A stretch of 63,998 nt of DNA, the filler included, from Candidatus Methanoxibalbensis ujae (GTDB lineage: Archaea; Halobacteriota; Syntropharchaeia; Alkanophagales; Methanospirareceae), in NCBI GenBank assembly GCA_026134085.1. It is 5 parts of 4 records of this genome, joined end to end, with 100 filler letters (N's around TTAATTAATTAA, not from the genome) between each part and the next. Parts side by side here need not be neighbours in the genome. Positions count along the whole stretch, not along the records: positions 1 to 21,343 come from JAOQIN010000001.1; positions 21,444 to 26,301 come from JAOQIN010000002.1; positions 26,402 to 30,932 come from JAOQIN010000002.1; 2 more parts are not named here. The stretch is one strand, 5' to 3'. How positions within the stretch are numbered: the stretch's first letter is position 1; every line of letters starts with the position of its first letter. A model generated the notes under the pieces. That model worked only from the letters and a program-made list of their open reading frames with translations. It was not told the origin of the DNA and did not search any database. Below, one piece after another: positions 19,079-29,567 of this stretch. The translations under genes were made by a program, and so were the position numbers.

Positions 19079-21292
19079 TCAGCTTTGCGGAGCTGTGGCG
19101 CTCACTTTTAACGCCTGTTCTCTTATCATTTTTGCGCGCTTTTCACCGATATCCTTTATTCCTGCAAGCTCCTCCTCGGACGCATGTGCGATATCTGCTG
19201 CATTTCTGAATCCCGCTGTGTAAAGCCTGCGAGCGATCACCCTGCCGACGCCTCTGAGAGATACAAGATCAAGCAGCTCCGCTCTGACGCCATATCTTAT
19301 GCGATCTTTCATCAGGTATAGGCGAGAAGCGAGCTCACCGTATCCGAGATGAGATGCCATCCTTGATGCCGCATATGATAGCCATTCAAGTGTAGATACA
19401 GCCGCATGTATTTCACCGGGATATGCGTTGAACCTCTTCTTCATCTCAGCATACGGCATCTCATCCACCCACGCATGCGACAGGAGAGCGGTTCCCACAG
19501 ATGATTCCCCGCACTGATAAATCCACTCAATGTTTTCGGTGAGGTTCGCAGCCGTCATCAGCGCATTCTTCACATATATCTTGGGGACCTCCTCGCAATC
19601 TGAGAGAAGAAGAAGCAGATCAAAATCAGATACATGCTGGGCGCTCAGATATCTCAATCCATCACGGATTCTCAGCGCTGAAAGTATGTTGAGATAGAGA
19701 TGTGAAACAAGTGTGCCGAATGGAGTTGCTCTTATCTCGTTTTCTATTTCAATCAGCCCATAGCGTGCGAGTTCGCACAGAATATCATCCAGTCGCTCCT
19801 CTATCTGCCCGGATGACCGCTGCACAGCATACAGCGTGTTGCGGACGAAATCCATCAGCTGCTTCTTTCTCCTTGCACCGCTCACAATTGTCGCGAGTAT
19901 CTGTTCTCCTATCTCATCCATGAAAAAACGAGATTCAATGCGCTCAACTTCGCCATTTATGTAGAAATCAAAGATTTCCTGCATCTCTTCAATGCTCCTC
20001 GCGACTATCAATCCCATGCCCAAACTGTCATGTTCAGGGCGACCCGCCCTCCCGAACACCTGCTTGACCCACGATACCGGCATTCTTTCGGCTGATAATC
20101 CTGTGAAAAACCTGTAGTTTCGTATGATAACAACTCTTGCGGGGAGTGAGACACCCATTGCAAGTGTGGGTGTGCAGCATATCACCTTCAATTTGCGCTC
20201 TCTGAACGCTTTTTCTATGAGTCTTCGCTGCTCGGGATGTAGCCATGAGGTGTGATATGCGACGCCTCTCCTCACCATATCAGCAAGGTTATCAATGCCC
20301 ATGTCAACCGCATCCGCAACTGCTTCAAGCTCTTCCTGCACTGTCATCCGCTCCGCTATCTTCTGTGCGAAAGATGCAGCACCGCGCTTGGTGTTCACGA
20401 AGACGATGACCTGACCACCGTCTCTGACTTCGCGAAGCACACTCATGATAATTGTGTTGTCGCTCCTCGCGAGAAGCACATCCTCACAGAGCGGCACAGG
20501 TCTCCAATCGGAGCATACAACATTCGCAGAAAGCCATTTGCCGAACTCATCTGCATTGGGTATCGTGGCTGACAGCGCGATTATTCTGGCATGCTGGTTG
20601 AACATCCGAAAACGAGCAATCGCTCCTTCCAACCTCTCACCACGCCTGTCATCGCATACCTCGTGAATTTCATCAATCACAACAGTCGTGATACGACGCA
20701 ACCAATTTGGTTTCAGCCTTGTAAGCGAGTCAAACTTCTCAAGAGTCAGCACAATAATTTCATAACGCTCCAGATATCGTGATGCGCTCTCATAATCGCC
20801 CGTTGAAATTCCCACACTCACAGCCTCTCGCACCCCTCCACTTTTTCTACCACTGCTTCTTCTACCACCACCATCATCAGCATCCCGATCACTGACAGCA
20901 CCACCCACATAAGCTTCACTATTCATAGCCTCGCCATTATGATCATAATAATAATCTCCAGCGCAATCATAAACAGATGAGAATCTGCGTCTGAATTCGA
21001 CAAATTTTTCATACGCAAGTGCGTTCAACGGCACCACATAAAGACATCTACCGCCGTTCAATATAGATTTCAGCATGACAAACTCAGCCAAAAGCGTTTT
21101 TCCGCTGGCGGTGGGCGAGGAGATGACAAAGTTCCCTCCCTTCAGGATTCCTGCTCTCATCGCTTCTTCCTGAGGAGGGAAAAGATGCTTTATGTCCCCA
21201 AACACCTCGCTGAAAATACTCGCCTCCTCCGCTGTCAGACCATAGTTCGCGAAATTTATGCCGCACTTCTGCTCTTTCATATTATCGCCCAT
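19079..21292 (-). CDS. hel308: Hel308/Hjm (Ski2-like) DNA helicase
   Basis: PTASGKT, DEIH, LSATIPN, WRPVPL, QVFGRAGRP, C-terminal HhH. Confidence 0.9.
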   Translation of the reverse strand: MGDNMKEQKCGINFANYGLTAEEASIFSEVFGDIKHLFPPQEEAMRAGILKGGNFVISSPTASGKTLLAEFVMLKSILNGGRCLYVVPLNALAYEKFVEFRRRFSSVYDCAGDYYYDHNGEAMNSEAYVGGAVSDRDADDGGGRRSSGRKSGGVREAVSVGISTGDYESASRYLERYEIIVLTLEKFDSLTRLKPNWLRRITTVVIDEIHEVCDDRRGERLEGAIARFRMFNQHARIIALSATIPNADEFGKWLSANVVCSDWRPVPLCEDVLLARSDNTIIMSVLREVRDGGQVIVFVNTKRGAASFAQKIAERMTVQEELEAVADAVDMGIDNLADMVRRGVAYHTSWLHPEQRRLIEKAFRERKLKVICCTPTLAMGVSLPARVVIIRNYRFFTGLSAERMPVSWVKQVFGRAGRPEHDSLGMGLIVARSIEEMQEIFDFYINGEVERIESRFFMDEIGEQILATIVSGARRKKQLMDFVRNTLYAVQRSSGQIEERLDDILCELARYGLIEIENEIRATPFGTLVSHLYLNILSALRIRDGLRYLSAQHVSDFDLLLLLSDCEEVPKIYVKNALMTAANLTENIEWIYQCGESSVGTALLSHAWVDEMPYAEMKKRFNAYPGEIHAAVSTLEWLSYAASRMASHLGYGELASRLYLMKDRIRYGVRAELLDLVSLRGVGRVIARRLYTAGFRNAADIAHASEEELAGIKDIGEKRAKMIREQALKVSATAPQS

Positions 21293-21343
21293 TACATCTA
21301 CAAGATAAAAACATCATGGCAGGGAGCTGCAAAGGCGCAACGG

Positions 21344-21443
21344 NNNNNNNNNNNNNNNNNNNNNNNNNNNNNNNNNNNNNNNNNNNNTTAATTAATTAAN
21401 NNNNNNNNNNNNNNNNNNNNNNNNNNNNNNNNNNNNNNNNNNN
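21344..21443. other. Artificial contig linker
   Basis: N-run with central TTAATTAATTAA. Confidence 0.95.
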
Positions 21444-21491
21444 AGAAAGGAGATCCCCGATATACGGGGAAATGAGAAATATCAGAGGCTG
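21444..21491 (+). promoter_or_regulatory. Probable repeat-proximal part of the CRISPR leader (cut by the gap)
   Basis: 48 nt without a repeat, longer than any spacer; TCCCCG-ATATA-CGGGGA hairpin; degenerate repeats lie at the opposite end of the array. Confidence 0.55.
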
Positions 21492-23278
21492 GTTAAACAC
21501 GGACTATGGTAGGATTGAAACGACTTTCATATTCACATTTCAACTCTTCCTCTGCTAGGTTAAACACGGACTATGGTAGGATTGAAACTTATTATGATTG
21601 AGTTAGATCTCACGCTCGCAGGCGCTGGTTAAACACGGACTATGGTAGGATTGAAACCCATGATGTCCTTGAAAAAGCGAGCAACCTCCAAATCAAGGTT
21701 AAACACGGACTATGGTAGGATTGAAACCTTTGTCTCAGAAGATAGTTCAGCAGCCAGAAGAGTTGGTTAAACACGGACTATGGTAGGATTGAAACGTAGA
21801 GCTCTAGCCTGAGCGATTCAAGCTTACAGAGGTTAAACACGGACTATGGTAGGATTGAAACGATACTTAGCTGGCTTTCTCCCATAATCATTGTCATGGT
21901 TAAACACGGACTATGGTAGGATTGAAACCGTAGTTGATCAGACATGCTTCGTATATAGCGTCTAGGTTAAACACGGACTATGGTAGGATTGAAAGCAGGG
22001 AACTCTTCGGCGAATGCTTTCAGTTGACAAAGTTAAAGTTAAACACGGACTATGGTAGGATTGAAAGCAAGAGTTATGTCGTGCTTCTCAATCTCACTTA
22101 TGAGTTAAACACGGACTATGGTAGGATTGAAAGTTGGTGTTACAGGAAAATCTGTTGCAATATCACCATCTGTGTTAAACACGGACTATGGTAGGATTGA
22201 AAGCCCCAGTATCCCTTAAGAACCTCCTTCAGTATCTTATGTTAAACACGGACTATGGTAGGATTGAAAGGACTACTTTGTCATCACCTGTGAGTAGCTT
22301 GCTGACTGTTAAACACGGACTATGGTAGGATTGAAAGGCCATTATAAAGTTACATGAAGGGAAATCCCTTGCGAGTTAAACACGGACTATGGTAGGATTG
22401 AAAGTTAGGTCATCCCTATCTATCATGAACTTGAGCTCTTTTCTCGTTAAACACGGACTATGGTAGGATTGAAAGCATACAAGACCCTCCTTTGTTCGGC
22501 CGGCACGAATCGTTAAACACGGACTATGGTAGGATTGAAAGCTTTTCTACTTCTTTTTTATTTTTTCTATTTCTTAAGTTAAACACGGACTATGGTAGGA
22601 TTGAAAGGGCAAGGAGCTTGTGGGGGAGGAGGATTCATCGCGTTAAACACGGACTATGGTAGGATTGAAAGGCTGCTATTGTTTCTATCTTAGGTATCAT
22701 CTTAACTTGTTAAACACGGACTATGGTAGGATTGAAAGGACTGATCTGCTGCTCTCTTTTTATGACTTCTAAGTGTTAAACACGGACTATGGTAGGATTG
22801 AAAGAGACAGTAAGCGCGCACATTGAATTCAATGTCATCAGTTAAACACGGACTATGGTAGGATTGAAAGAAGGACTTCTTCTTTGTCTATCCCTTTGCG
22901 CTGGTACTCTGTTAAACACGGACTATGGTAGGATTGAAAGCGAGGCTTCCAGCTTGAGGCTTTGTTAGCATACATGAGTTAAACACGGACTATGGTAGGA
23001 TTGAAAGCACCTCCTGGGCTGGCAGCTTATTTCACTGCCAGCGTTGTTAAACACGGACTATGGTAGGATTGAAAGTAACGGAGGTCCAACATTCATGGCT
23101 ATTCAGATCACATGTTAAACACGGACTATGGTAGGATTGAAAGATAGGCAAGTATTTTCAGATAGTGAAAATATTTGAAATGGTTAAACACGGACTATGG
23201 TAGGATTGAAAGCTCTTTTATCTCTTTCAATACCTGTTGCTCTCGCTCGTTAAACACAGACTATGGCAGGATTGAAAG
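21492..23278 (+). CRISPR. CRISPR array, 27 repeats and 26 spacers (34-42 nt); repeat GTTAAACACGGACTATGGTAGGATTGAAA[C/G]
   Basis: Repeats counted directly from 21492 to 23249; ATTGAAAC/G 3' handle typical of Cas6-processed type I/III arrays; last repeat has 2 substitutions; no cas genes in the window. Confidence 0.99.
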
Positions 23279-24595
23279 TCAAACACGAGCTATGGCAGGA
23301 TTGTGCAGGCATTCTTGGAGTTCTACGAGCACATCTTCAACGTTGCTTGGGTCTGCCGATATAATTGTTGTTGTTTTATGGAGGAGGCATGTGAGATGCT
23401 CCTCGTTCAACCGCTGATATCCCCCGCCTGTTATGTTGAGCAGCACATAATCATTTTTTTTCACAATTCCGCGCTCAACAGCATTTACAAGCGCTGCGAC
23501 TGCGATTGATGCGGCGGGGTCTATATCAATGCCCTCCACACATTCAAACAGTTTCTGTGCAGCCCTTGCCTCGCTGTTTTTGATTCCATACATCTCGCCA
23601 TCGGTCGCACTCAGCACATCATAGACGCCTCCTTTTATTGAATAAGGGGGGTTCTTGTTTGAGAGCACATCTGCATACATCTCTTTTATGCACGCATCCG
23701 CGTTCCTCATATCATCAGCAATTATGACATTTCGCCGTGCTCGCCATGCGCTGAACATTGGTGCGAAAGGCAGGTTTTGAGCGAGATGCATGTGCGGAAT
23801 GCTGTTCTCCGTAAACCGACGACATGCGCGATAAGCCATCTCGTACACACCTATCGCACCAACGCCGCTGCCGACAGCCTGAAAATAGTGATCGGGCATC
23901 CTTCTGATTTGCAAAAGCGCATCCAGTATTATGATGCCGAGACCATCTCTGCGTGCGATATTCCGCACTCCTCCCTCATTTATCAAATCACACGCACTGC
24001 TGCATTCTGTGAGGTGCGATGCGAATCTTATGGCATCCGTGTAATCTCCCCGCAATGACACCAGTATGACGGAAGAAGGCACTTCAACTGTCGTCCAGAC
24101 CCTTCTTATGTTTATTGAAGGGACCACGAGAACAACGGGCTTTCGTGCAGCTGAGAACACCTGCGCGAAGCTCCTTGCAGTGTTGCCTGCTGATGCCAGC
24201 ACGAGCGTTTTTGAGGTTTGTTCTTCCACTCTCGCAAGTGTGCAGATGGCCTCAAGCTCCTTGAATGTGCACGAACGCATAAATGCACATCGCTCAGGCC
24301 AGAACCCGTTGAAACTTATATACAGGTTTCTGATTCCGAGTTCCTTTCCGAGACCATCACTCAAATATGTCACAGGTGCGGTATCCGGGACAATTGTCCT
24401 GATTTTTCTGACAGTTTTCGTGTCTCTGACAGGTAACCAGTCATAAAACTTCCATATCCCAATATCCTTTCTTATTCTGAGATTGTCAGCGTATACAGAC
24501 ATAAGTAGTGCATCACATCCTCTCGGACATCTGTTTGTGTATGTATCCTGTATTCTCATACCACATTCCAGACACCTCAACTCATATTCTCCCAT
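23279..24595 (-). CDS. Cysteate synthase (coenzyme M biosynthesis)
   Basis: Threonine-synthase-like with FNGFWPE..SCTFKELEA, ASAGNTARSF, EGGVRNIARRDG, QAVGSGVG, VLSNKNPPY. Confidence 0.88.
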   Translation of the reverse strand: MGEYELRCLECGMRIQDTYTNRCPRGCDALLMSVYADNLRIRKDIGIWKFYDWLPVRDTKTVRKIRTIVPDTAPVTYLSDGLGKELGIRNLYISFNGFWPERCAFMRSCTFKELEAICTLARVEEQTSKTLVLASAGNTARSFAQVFSAARKPVVLVVPSINIRRVWTTVEVPSSVILVSLRGDYTDAIRFASHLTECSSACDLINEGGVRNIARRDGLGIIILDALLQIRRMPDHYFQAVGSGVGAIGVYEMAYRACRRFTENSIPHMHLAQNLPFAPMFSAWRARRNVIIADDMRNADACIKEMYADVLSNKNPPYSIKGGVYDVLSATDGEMYGIKNSEARAAQKLFECVEGIDIDPAASIAVAALVNAVERGIVKKNDYVLLNITGGGYQRLNEEHLTCLLHKTTTIISADPSNVEDVLVELQECLHNPAIARV

Positions 24596-24694
24596 GCCTC
24601 CTCACTCCTCTCAGTCACTCACATCCATCAACTCCTCACATGCCATGCATCAACTCACATCCATCAACCCACACCGCACATGCTGGTGTGAGCA

Positions 24695-25522
24695 TCAAGA
24701 AAGTCGCTTCATATGCTGCATCATCATCGCTTTCAACGCTTCCTGGCGAAGTTCATCAAGCACGCATGAGCGAATTTCATTGAACTCCTTGCTCGTCCTG
24801 TTCCTCATTCTCGGCAGATCAACATCTATTTCCTTTTTTATTTTGCCGGGTCTCGCAGTCATTATGAGTATTTTATCGGCGAGAAATATCGCTTCATCAA
24901 CACTGTGTGTCACAAAAATTATGGTTTTTGAAGTTTCATACCATATTCTGAGGAGTTCCTCCTGAAACAGGTTTCTTGTTTGGGCATCAAGCGATCCAAA
25001 GGGCTCATCCATGAGCAAGATGTCAGGATCTATCGCGAGCGCTCTTGCAATCGCTACGCGCTGCTTCATCCCACCTGAGAGCTCATGAGGATATGCGTTC
25101 TCAAACCCCTCCAATCCCACGAGCCTTATGTATTTCCTTGCTATCCTCTCCCTTTCATCCTTCGGAACGCCAGTGTTCTCAAGTCCGAATGTGATGTTCT
25201 TGAGAACAGTTCTCCACGGGAAAAGTGCAAATTCCTGAAACACAACGCATCTGTCTTTTCCGGGTCCTCTCACAGGAACGCCGTCAACAAGCACTTCACC
25301 AGATGTGGGGCTATCCAGTCCAGCTATTATCCTCACAATTGTCGTTTTTCCACATCCTGAAGGTCCTAAAATACATACAAATTCTCCTTCTTCAACACGA
25401 AAATTCACATTTTCCACAGCAATCACACACTCATCATTGCAGATGTGCTTATTTCCGATCTTATTTCTGATATTGTGCCGGTATATTTTTGTGAGAGACA
25501 CCACTTCAAGCTTCAAGCACAA
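24695..25522 (-). CDS. ABC transporter ATPase, nitrate/sulfonate/taurine family
   Basis: GPSGCGKT, LFPWRTV, LSGGMKQR, LMDEPFGSLD. Confidence 0.9.
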   Translation of the reverse strand: MCLKLEVVSLTKIYRHNIRNKIGNKHICNDECVIAVENVNFRVEEGEFVCILGPSGCGKTTIVRIIAGLDSPTSGEVLVDGVPVRGPGKDRCVVFQEFALFPWRTVLKNITFGLENTGVPKDERERIARKYIRLVGLEGFENAYPHELSGGMKQRVAIARALAIDPDILLMDEPFGSLDAQTRNLFQEELLRIWYETSKTIIFVTHSVDEAIFLADKILIMTARPGKIKKEIDVDLPRMRNRTSKEFNEIRSCVLDELRQEALKAMMMQHMKRLS

Positions 25523-26297
25523 CCCCTCCTCTCCATTTCATCAGGCTTCCTGTGATATATCTGAATGAGGCGTCCAGAACAAGCGATATTATGCCGAGCA
25601 GTATCATGTATGTGATGACATAGTCTATCTGGTGATTGTAGAAGAACTTTGTGAACATGCGAAAACCGAGACCGTTCGTGCTCACGCCGAACATCTCAGC
25701 AGCGACGACACACATCCAGCCAACACCCATCCCCACCCGCATGCCGGTAGCGATCATAGGAAGCGCGTGAGGCAGCGCAACATACCTCATAAGACGCACA
25801 TCACTGTCGCATCCGAGCACCTTAGCCGCTTCTATCAGAGTCTTCGGCGTCTCTCTGAACCCCATATAAGTGTTTATGAGCAGTGGGAAGAAGGCACCTA
25901 GAAATATGATGAATGATGCTGCGATCGGAGTAAGATGAAACCAGGCAATCGCAAGAGGTATCCATGCAAGTGGAGGTATGGGTCTCAGAATCTCAACAAT
26001 GGGATCAACAAATCCGAAAACACCTCTGAACCATCCCATAAGCATTCCAAGTGGAAATGCGATGAGAAATGCAAAAGATATTCCCATGCCAAAATGTATG
26101 AGACTCTGAATGATATCCAGTGGTATATATTCCTTCAGCTCGTAAAATGATATCATAACCTGCGAAAATCTTGGCAGAACCCTCTCATTTCCTATCAATG
26201 TGGCGACGATCTCCCACACGACAGCGAACACAGTCAGCGATATCGCACCCGGGACGAATGTCCGCATAATCCGCAGCAGGCGCTCACGCACCTTCAT
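25506..26297 (-). CDS. ABC transporter permease, nitrate/sulfonate/taurine family
   Basis: LRPIPPLAWIPLA, EAAKVLG, WMCVVAAEM. Confidence 0.9.
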   Translation of the reverse strand: MKVRERLLRIMRTFVPGAISLTVFAVVWEIVATLIGNERVLPRFSQVMISFYELKEYIPLDIIQSLIHFGMGISFAFLIAFPLGMLMGWFRGVFGFVDPIVEILRPIPPLAWIPLAIAWFHLTPIAASFIIFLGAFFPLLINTYMGFRETPKTLIEAAKVLGCDSDVRLMRYVALPHALPMIATGMRVGMGVGWMCVVAAEMFGVSTNGLGFRMFTKFFYNHQIDYVITYMILLGIISLVLDASFRYITGSLMKWRGGVVLEA

Positions 26298-26301
26298 TAC
26301 G

Positions 26302-26401
26302 NNNNNNNNNNNNNNNNNNNNNNNNNNNNNNNNNNNNNNNNNNNNTTAATTAATTAANNNNNNNNNNNNNNNNNNNNNNNNNNNNNNNNNNNNNNNNNNN
26401 N
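26302..26401. other. Artificial contig linker
   Basis: N-run with TTAATTAATTAA. Confidence 0.95.
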
Positions 26402-27553
26402 GTCTGTTGAGAGCACAACCTTCCATGGATTTTTTATGAGAAGTGCGAGCTCAAGTCCTATCGTCCACTGCACGCTGTGAACGGGATTTCTGCTGGAGTA
26501 AAGAAAGGGCACGATGCCGGCGCCGGTCTCAAGCTCAACATCATGATTTGTCCATTTCCTGCCCGTAAGCCTGTAGAGTGTGTATTCCATCGGACCATCA
26601 GCTGTCATTGTTGTTGTGTCTCCGAGTATTATTGAGCCGAGGTCTATCGTGATATGCTCATTTTCATTCACATATTTTGCAATTTCATCCGCCTTTGACT
26701 CAAAATCCTTCCAAGAAGTCCCACCGTAGCAGAAGAACTGTATGTGGGTTGTGTGCATGGTCTGTCTCTGCATGCTTGCTGATATTCCCTTCACGACATC
26801 AAATGTTCTCAGTGTTGTCTCGTAGTTTCCGGGATGACCGAGCATGTTCCCATGCACATGGATGCTGTGTGGCATCTCATATCTCTCGTTTGCATGTGCA
26901 AGCGCTCTTATGATGTCAGCGGGCGTCACATCCCAGTGAGGCACGGGATCATCAAGGCCGCAGTTCTTTGCGAACCCCCATGCCTCAGTGCCCCCTGGAT
27001 TCACTATTTTTATGCCATATCCTCTTGTCGCCCTTATCATCCACGCAACATATGCCGAGAGCATCTCATAGTTCTCATCACGCACATACTGCAGAGTCAT
27101 CCAGTTGTTGTCTATGAGAGGCAGCGCTGCTTTGTCTATTATCGGAGTGTCAACGAGCTCCTCATGCGTGTGTCTTGCTGTGAGAGGTGGCATTGCCGGC
27201 TCCATGACAAATGTGTAGCCCATTTTCGCATATCTGTAGCCTGTTGCCCATGTGTTTGGCACGGAATATCCCGTGCAGGGCTTGCAGACCCCCCTCTTTG
27301 GCTCCAATCCCCTTCTTCCATCCTCAGGACGGAGAAGCCTGCCCGCATTCACCTTTCCGCCCGCAATGTGCGCATGCGCATCAACACCTCCGGGCATCAC
27401 AACACAACCGGACGCATCTATAACCCTGGCACCATGCTCATCATGCAGGGATTCAACGATTTTACCATCACGAATACATATGTCCATCTTTTCGCCTTTA
27501 ACACCATTTATAGGATCAAAAACCACTCCATTCTTTATCAATAATTCAGCCAT
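26402..27553 (-). CDS. fwdA: Formylmethanofuran dehydrogenase subunit A (3'-truncated by the gap)
   Basis: PGGVDAHAHIAGGKVN, KIVNPGG, HIQFFCYGG, TMTADGP. Confidence 0.95.
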
Positions 27554-27554
27554 T

Positions 27555-28859
27555 TCACTCACCTTCTTTCTCCTTTATAGCACGCACTTCCTCCAGAATT
27601 CGCCTTATTATCTCCTCATCTGCCATAAACTTGCTGTCAACAATCTTGCGAACACGCAGAGGAACACTGTCCATGCGATAAACACTCCCTTCAGCCTCAA
27701 CACCGCAGATTGCCGAGGGAATGACAACATCCGCAAACTCGGTCGTTGGATTTGGATAGGGGTCTATCTGAATCACAGGGATCCTTGCGAGATGTCTGAC
27801 GGCATCAGCGGGGAAATGTGATGCGGGGTCAGACGAGATTATAAGTGCGGCGTCGCACTCTCCATGCACGAGCACATCAACAGCGCCAGTTTCACCGGGG
27901 TTGTACCATGGATATCCCTGCGAGAGGTCTATGGAGAAAGGATAGCCGAGAAGCCATGTGCATACCTGATTGAATCCATTAACATTGTAATGACCTCGCA
28001 TGGGCATTATCGTTGCTTTCGTGTGAAGATGTGCTGCTCTTGTGAATTCTATTGCATTGGCAATGTTATTGTGCCTCGCTCCTGAGTGAGTCACCCCCAT
28101 TCCGAAAAATGTGATGATGAAATTCGCGTTCTTTATCATTTCAGCCAGCGAGAGCAGGTCCTTCTTCTCAACGCCAGCAACTTCGTCAGGCACAACATCC
28201 TCATGTCCCCGCAATATCGCTCTCAACGCTGAGAAAACAAGAAAATCTCCACCGGGACGCACCTTCACAAAAAGATCTGCAAGCTTCGCAGATTTTGTCT
28301 CCCTGACATCAACAACAACCATTTTCCTGTCCTTCTTTCCGCCTGGCGTGAAGCGCCCTTTTGACAGATATGAATAACGCTTCATGTGATTCGGGTGTGC
28401 GAAAACAGGATTTGAGCCCCAGTATATGACAATGTCAGCCCTGTTCCTTATCTGACCGAGTGTGCATGAGGGCAATCCGACATCCTGAATTGCGAGAATG
28501 GAAGGTCCGTGGCAAACAGACGCCGTGTTGTCTATGATCGCACCTATCTCAACCGCAAGCTCCACTCCCGCTCTGTCCGTCTCGCATACGGTTGAGCTCC
28601 ATCCATACAACAGAGGTCTCCTGGCATCAGCAAGAATCTCAGCCGCTCTCTTTATGGCTTCATCATATGAGCAATCACGCAGCTCTCCGTCCTCACGGAT
28701 CGCAGGACTCTCCATGCGGTCGTGCCCCATTATCTTGCTGCGACCTATCGCACACGCACCCTTCACTTTCGTTATCTTGCCGTCTTCTCCCACTTCCACA
28801 ACAATGTCATCACATATGCACCCGCAAAAGGGACATAAGACATCCGTATAAACCGCCAT
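27555..28859 (-). CDS. fwdB: Formylmethanofuran dehydrogenase subunit B
   Basis: CPFCGCICDD, SVCHGPS, MRGHYNVNG, NPGET. Confidence 0.95.
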   Translation of the reverse strand: MAVYTDVLCPFCGCICDDIVVEVGEDGKITKVKGACAIGRSKIMGHDRMESPAIREDGELRDCSYDEAIKRAAEILADARRPLLYGWSSTVCETDRAGVELAVEIGAIIDNTASVCHGPSILAIQDVGLPSCTLGQIRNRADIVIYWGSNPVFAHPNHMKRYSYLSKGRFTPGGKKDRKMVVVDVRETKSAKLADLFVKVRPGGDFLVFSALRAILRGHEDVVPDEVAGVEKKDLLSLAEMIKNANFIITFFGMGVTHSGARHNNIANAIEFTRAAHLHTKATIMPMRGHYNVNGFNQVCTWLLGYPFSIDLSQGYPWYNPGETGAVDVLVHGECDAALIISSDPASHFPADAVRHLARIPVIQIDPYPNPTTEFADVVIPSAICGVEAEGSVYRMDSVPLRVRKIVDSKFMADEEIIRRILEEVRAIKEKEGE

Positions 28860-28991
28860 TTTCTTTCACTTCCTCACACTTAACTCCAGCTTATCTCTCA
28901 CACATCTCACACCTATCTCTCATTTATCATTCACTTATCACTCATCACTCATCTCACATCTCTCATCTCACATATCACACGCCCTCCACAG

Positions 28992-29381
28992 TCATTCCTT
29001 ATATCTGCGCATAAGATCGTAAATTGATGGTATTTCATCGTCAGTCGGCTCTATCTCGGCTTCTATTCCCTTGAAAAAAGGCATCCCTGACCCTTTTGTG
29101 TTTCCATTGACGACAGCATTTGCCCAAGGACCCATCGGAATAAAAGCAACCCCCTCAGGATATCCTTCACCTTTCTTCGCAGCAACAACAATCTCTCCCG
29201 CAGATGTCCTGACACGCACTCTCTCAGTTCCGTCACCTTTCAATCCAAGTTTCTCAAGCTCACGCTCGCTCAACTCGCATACAGCCGTAGCATTCATGTA
29301 TTCGTCCGAAAGCTTGTTCTCAAGATTGGTTCCCTGCTCAAGTGTCCTGCCGCTTATCAGAATAACACGTACACCTCCCAT
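28992..29381 (-). CDS. fwdD: Formylmethanofuran dehydrogenase subunit D
   Basis: LISGRTLEQG, FIPMGPWAN, GMPFFKG. Confidence 0.92.
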   Translation of the reverse strand: MGGVRVILISGRTLEQGTNLENKLSDEYMNATAVCELSERELEKLGLKGDGTERVRVRTSAGEIVVAAKKGEGYPEGVAFIPMGPWANAVVNGNTKGSGMPFFKGIEAEIEPTDDEIPSIYDLMRRYKE

Positions 29382-29567
29382 CGCCCATCTGTCTGAGATG
29401 GAAAAACCCTCTCACTTAAAACTTTCGGATTTTCTCACACATGCGGACAACTCAATGAAATCATAAAAAAACAACACAACACCGCACACCGCACAATACT
29501 TCCATCAAAAAAATAAAAAAAATAAAAAATAAAAAATAAAAAAAATAAAACAGCACGCAGAAATACT

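Noticed and set aside
19079..21292. Intein in Hel308 or UppS
   Set aside because: The insertions are short, low-complexity and lack C/S...HN splice motifs.
21344..21443. TTAATTAATTAA inside N-runs (also 26302, 30933, 60643)
   Set aside because: Identical 100-nt synthetic linkers; not biological, so adjacency across them (e.g. Hel308 next to the CRISPR array) was not interpreted.
21934..22194. ORFs with repeated LNTDYGRIES (also 23175-23417)
   Set aside because: Translations of CRISPR repeats.
21522..23248. Self-targeting spacers or matches to the terminal low-GC contig
   Set aside because: No match seen by eye; needs BLASTN-short to exclude.
27555..28859. Selenocysteine in FwdB
   Set aside because: The ligand position is Cys (SVCHGPS) and there is no in-frame TGA.
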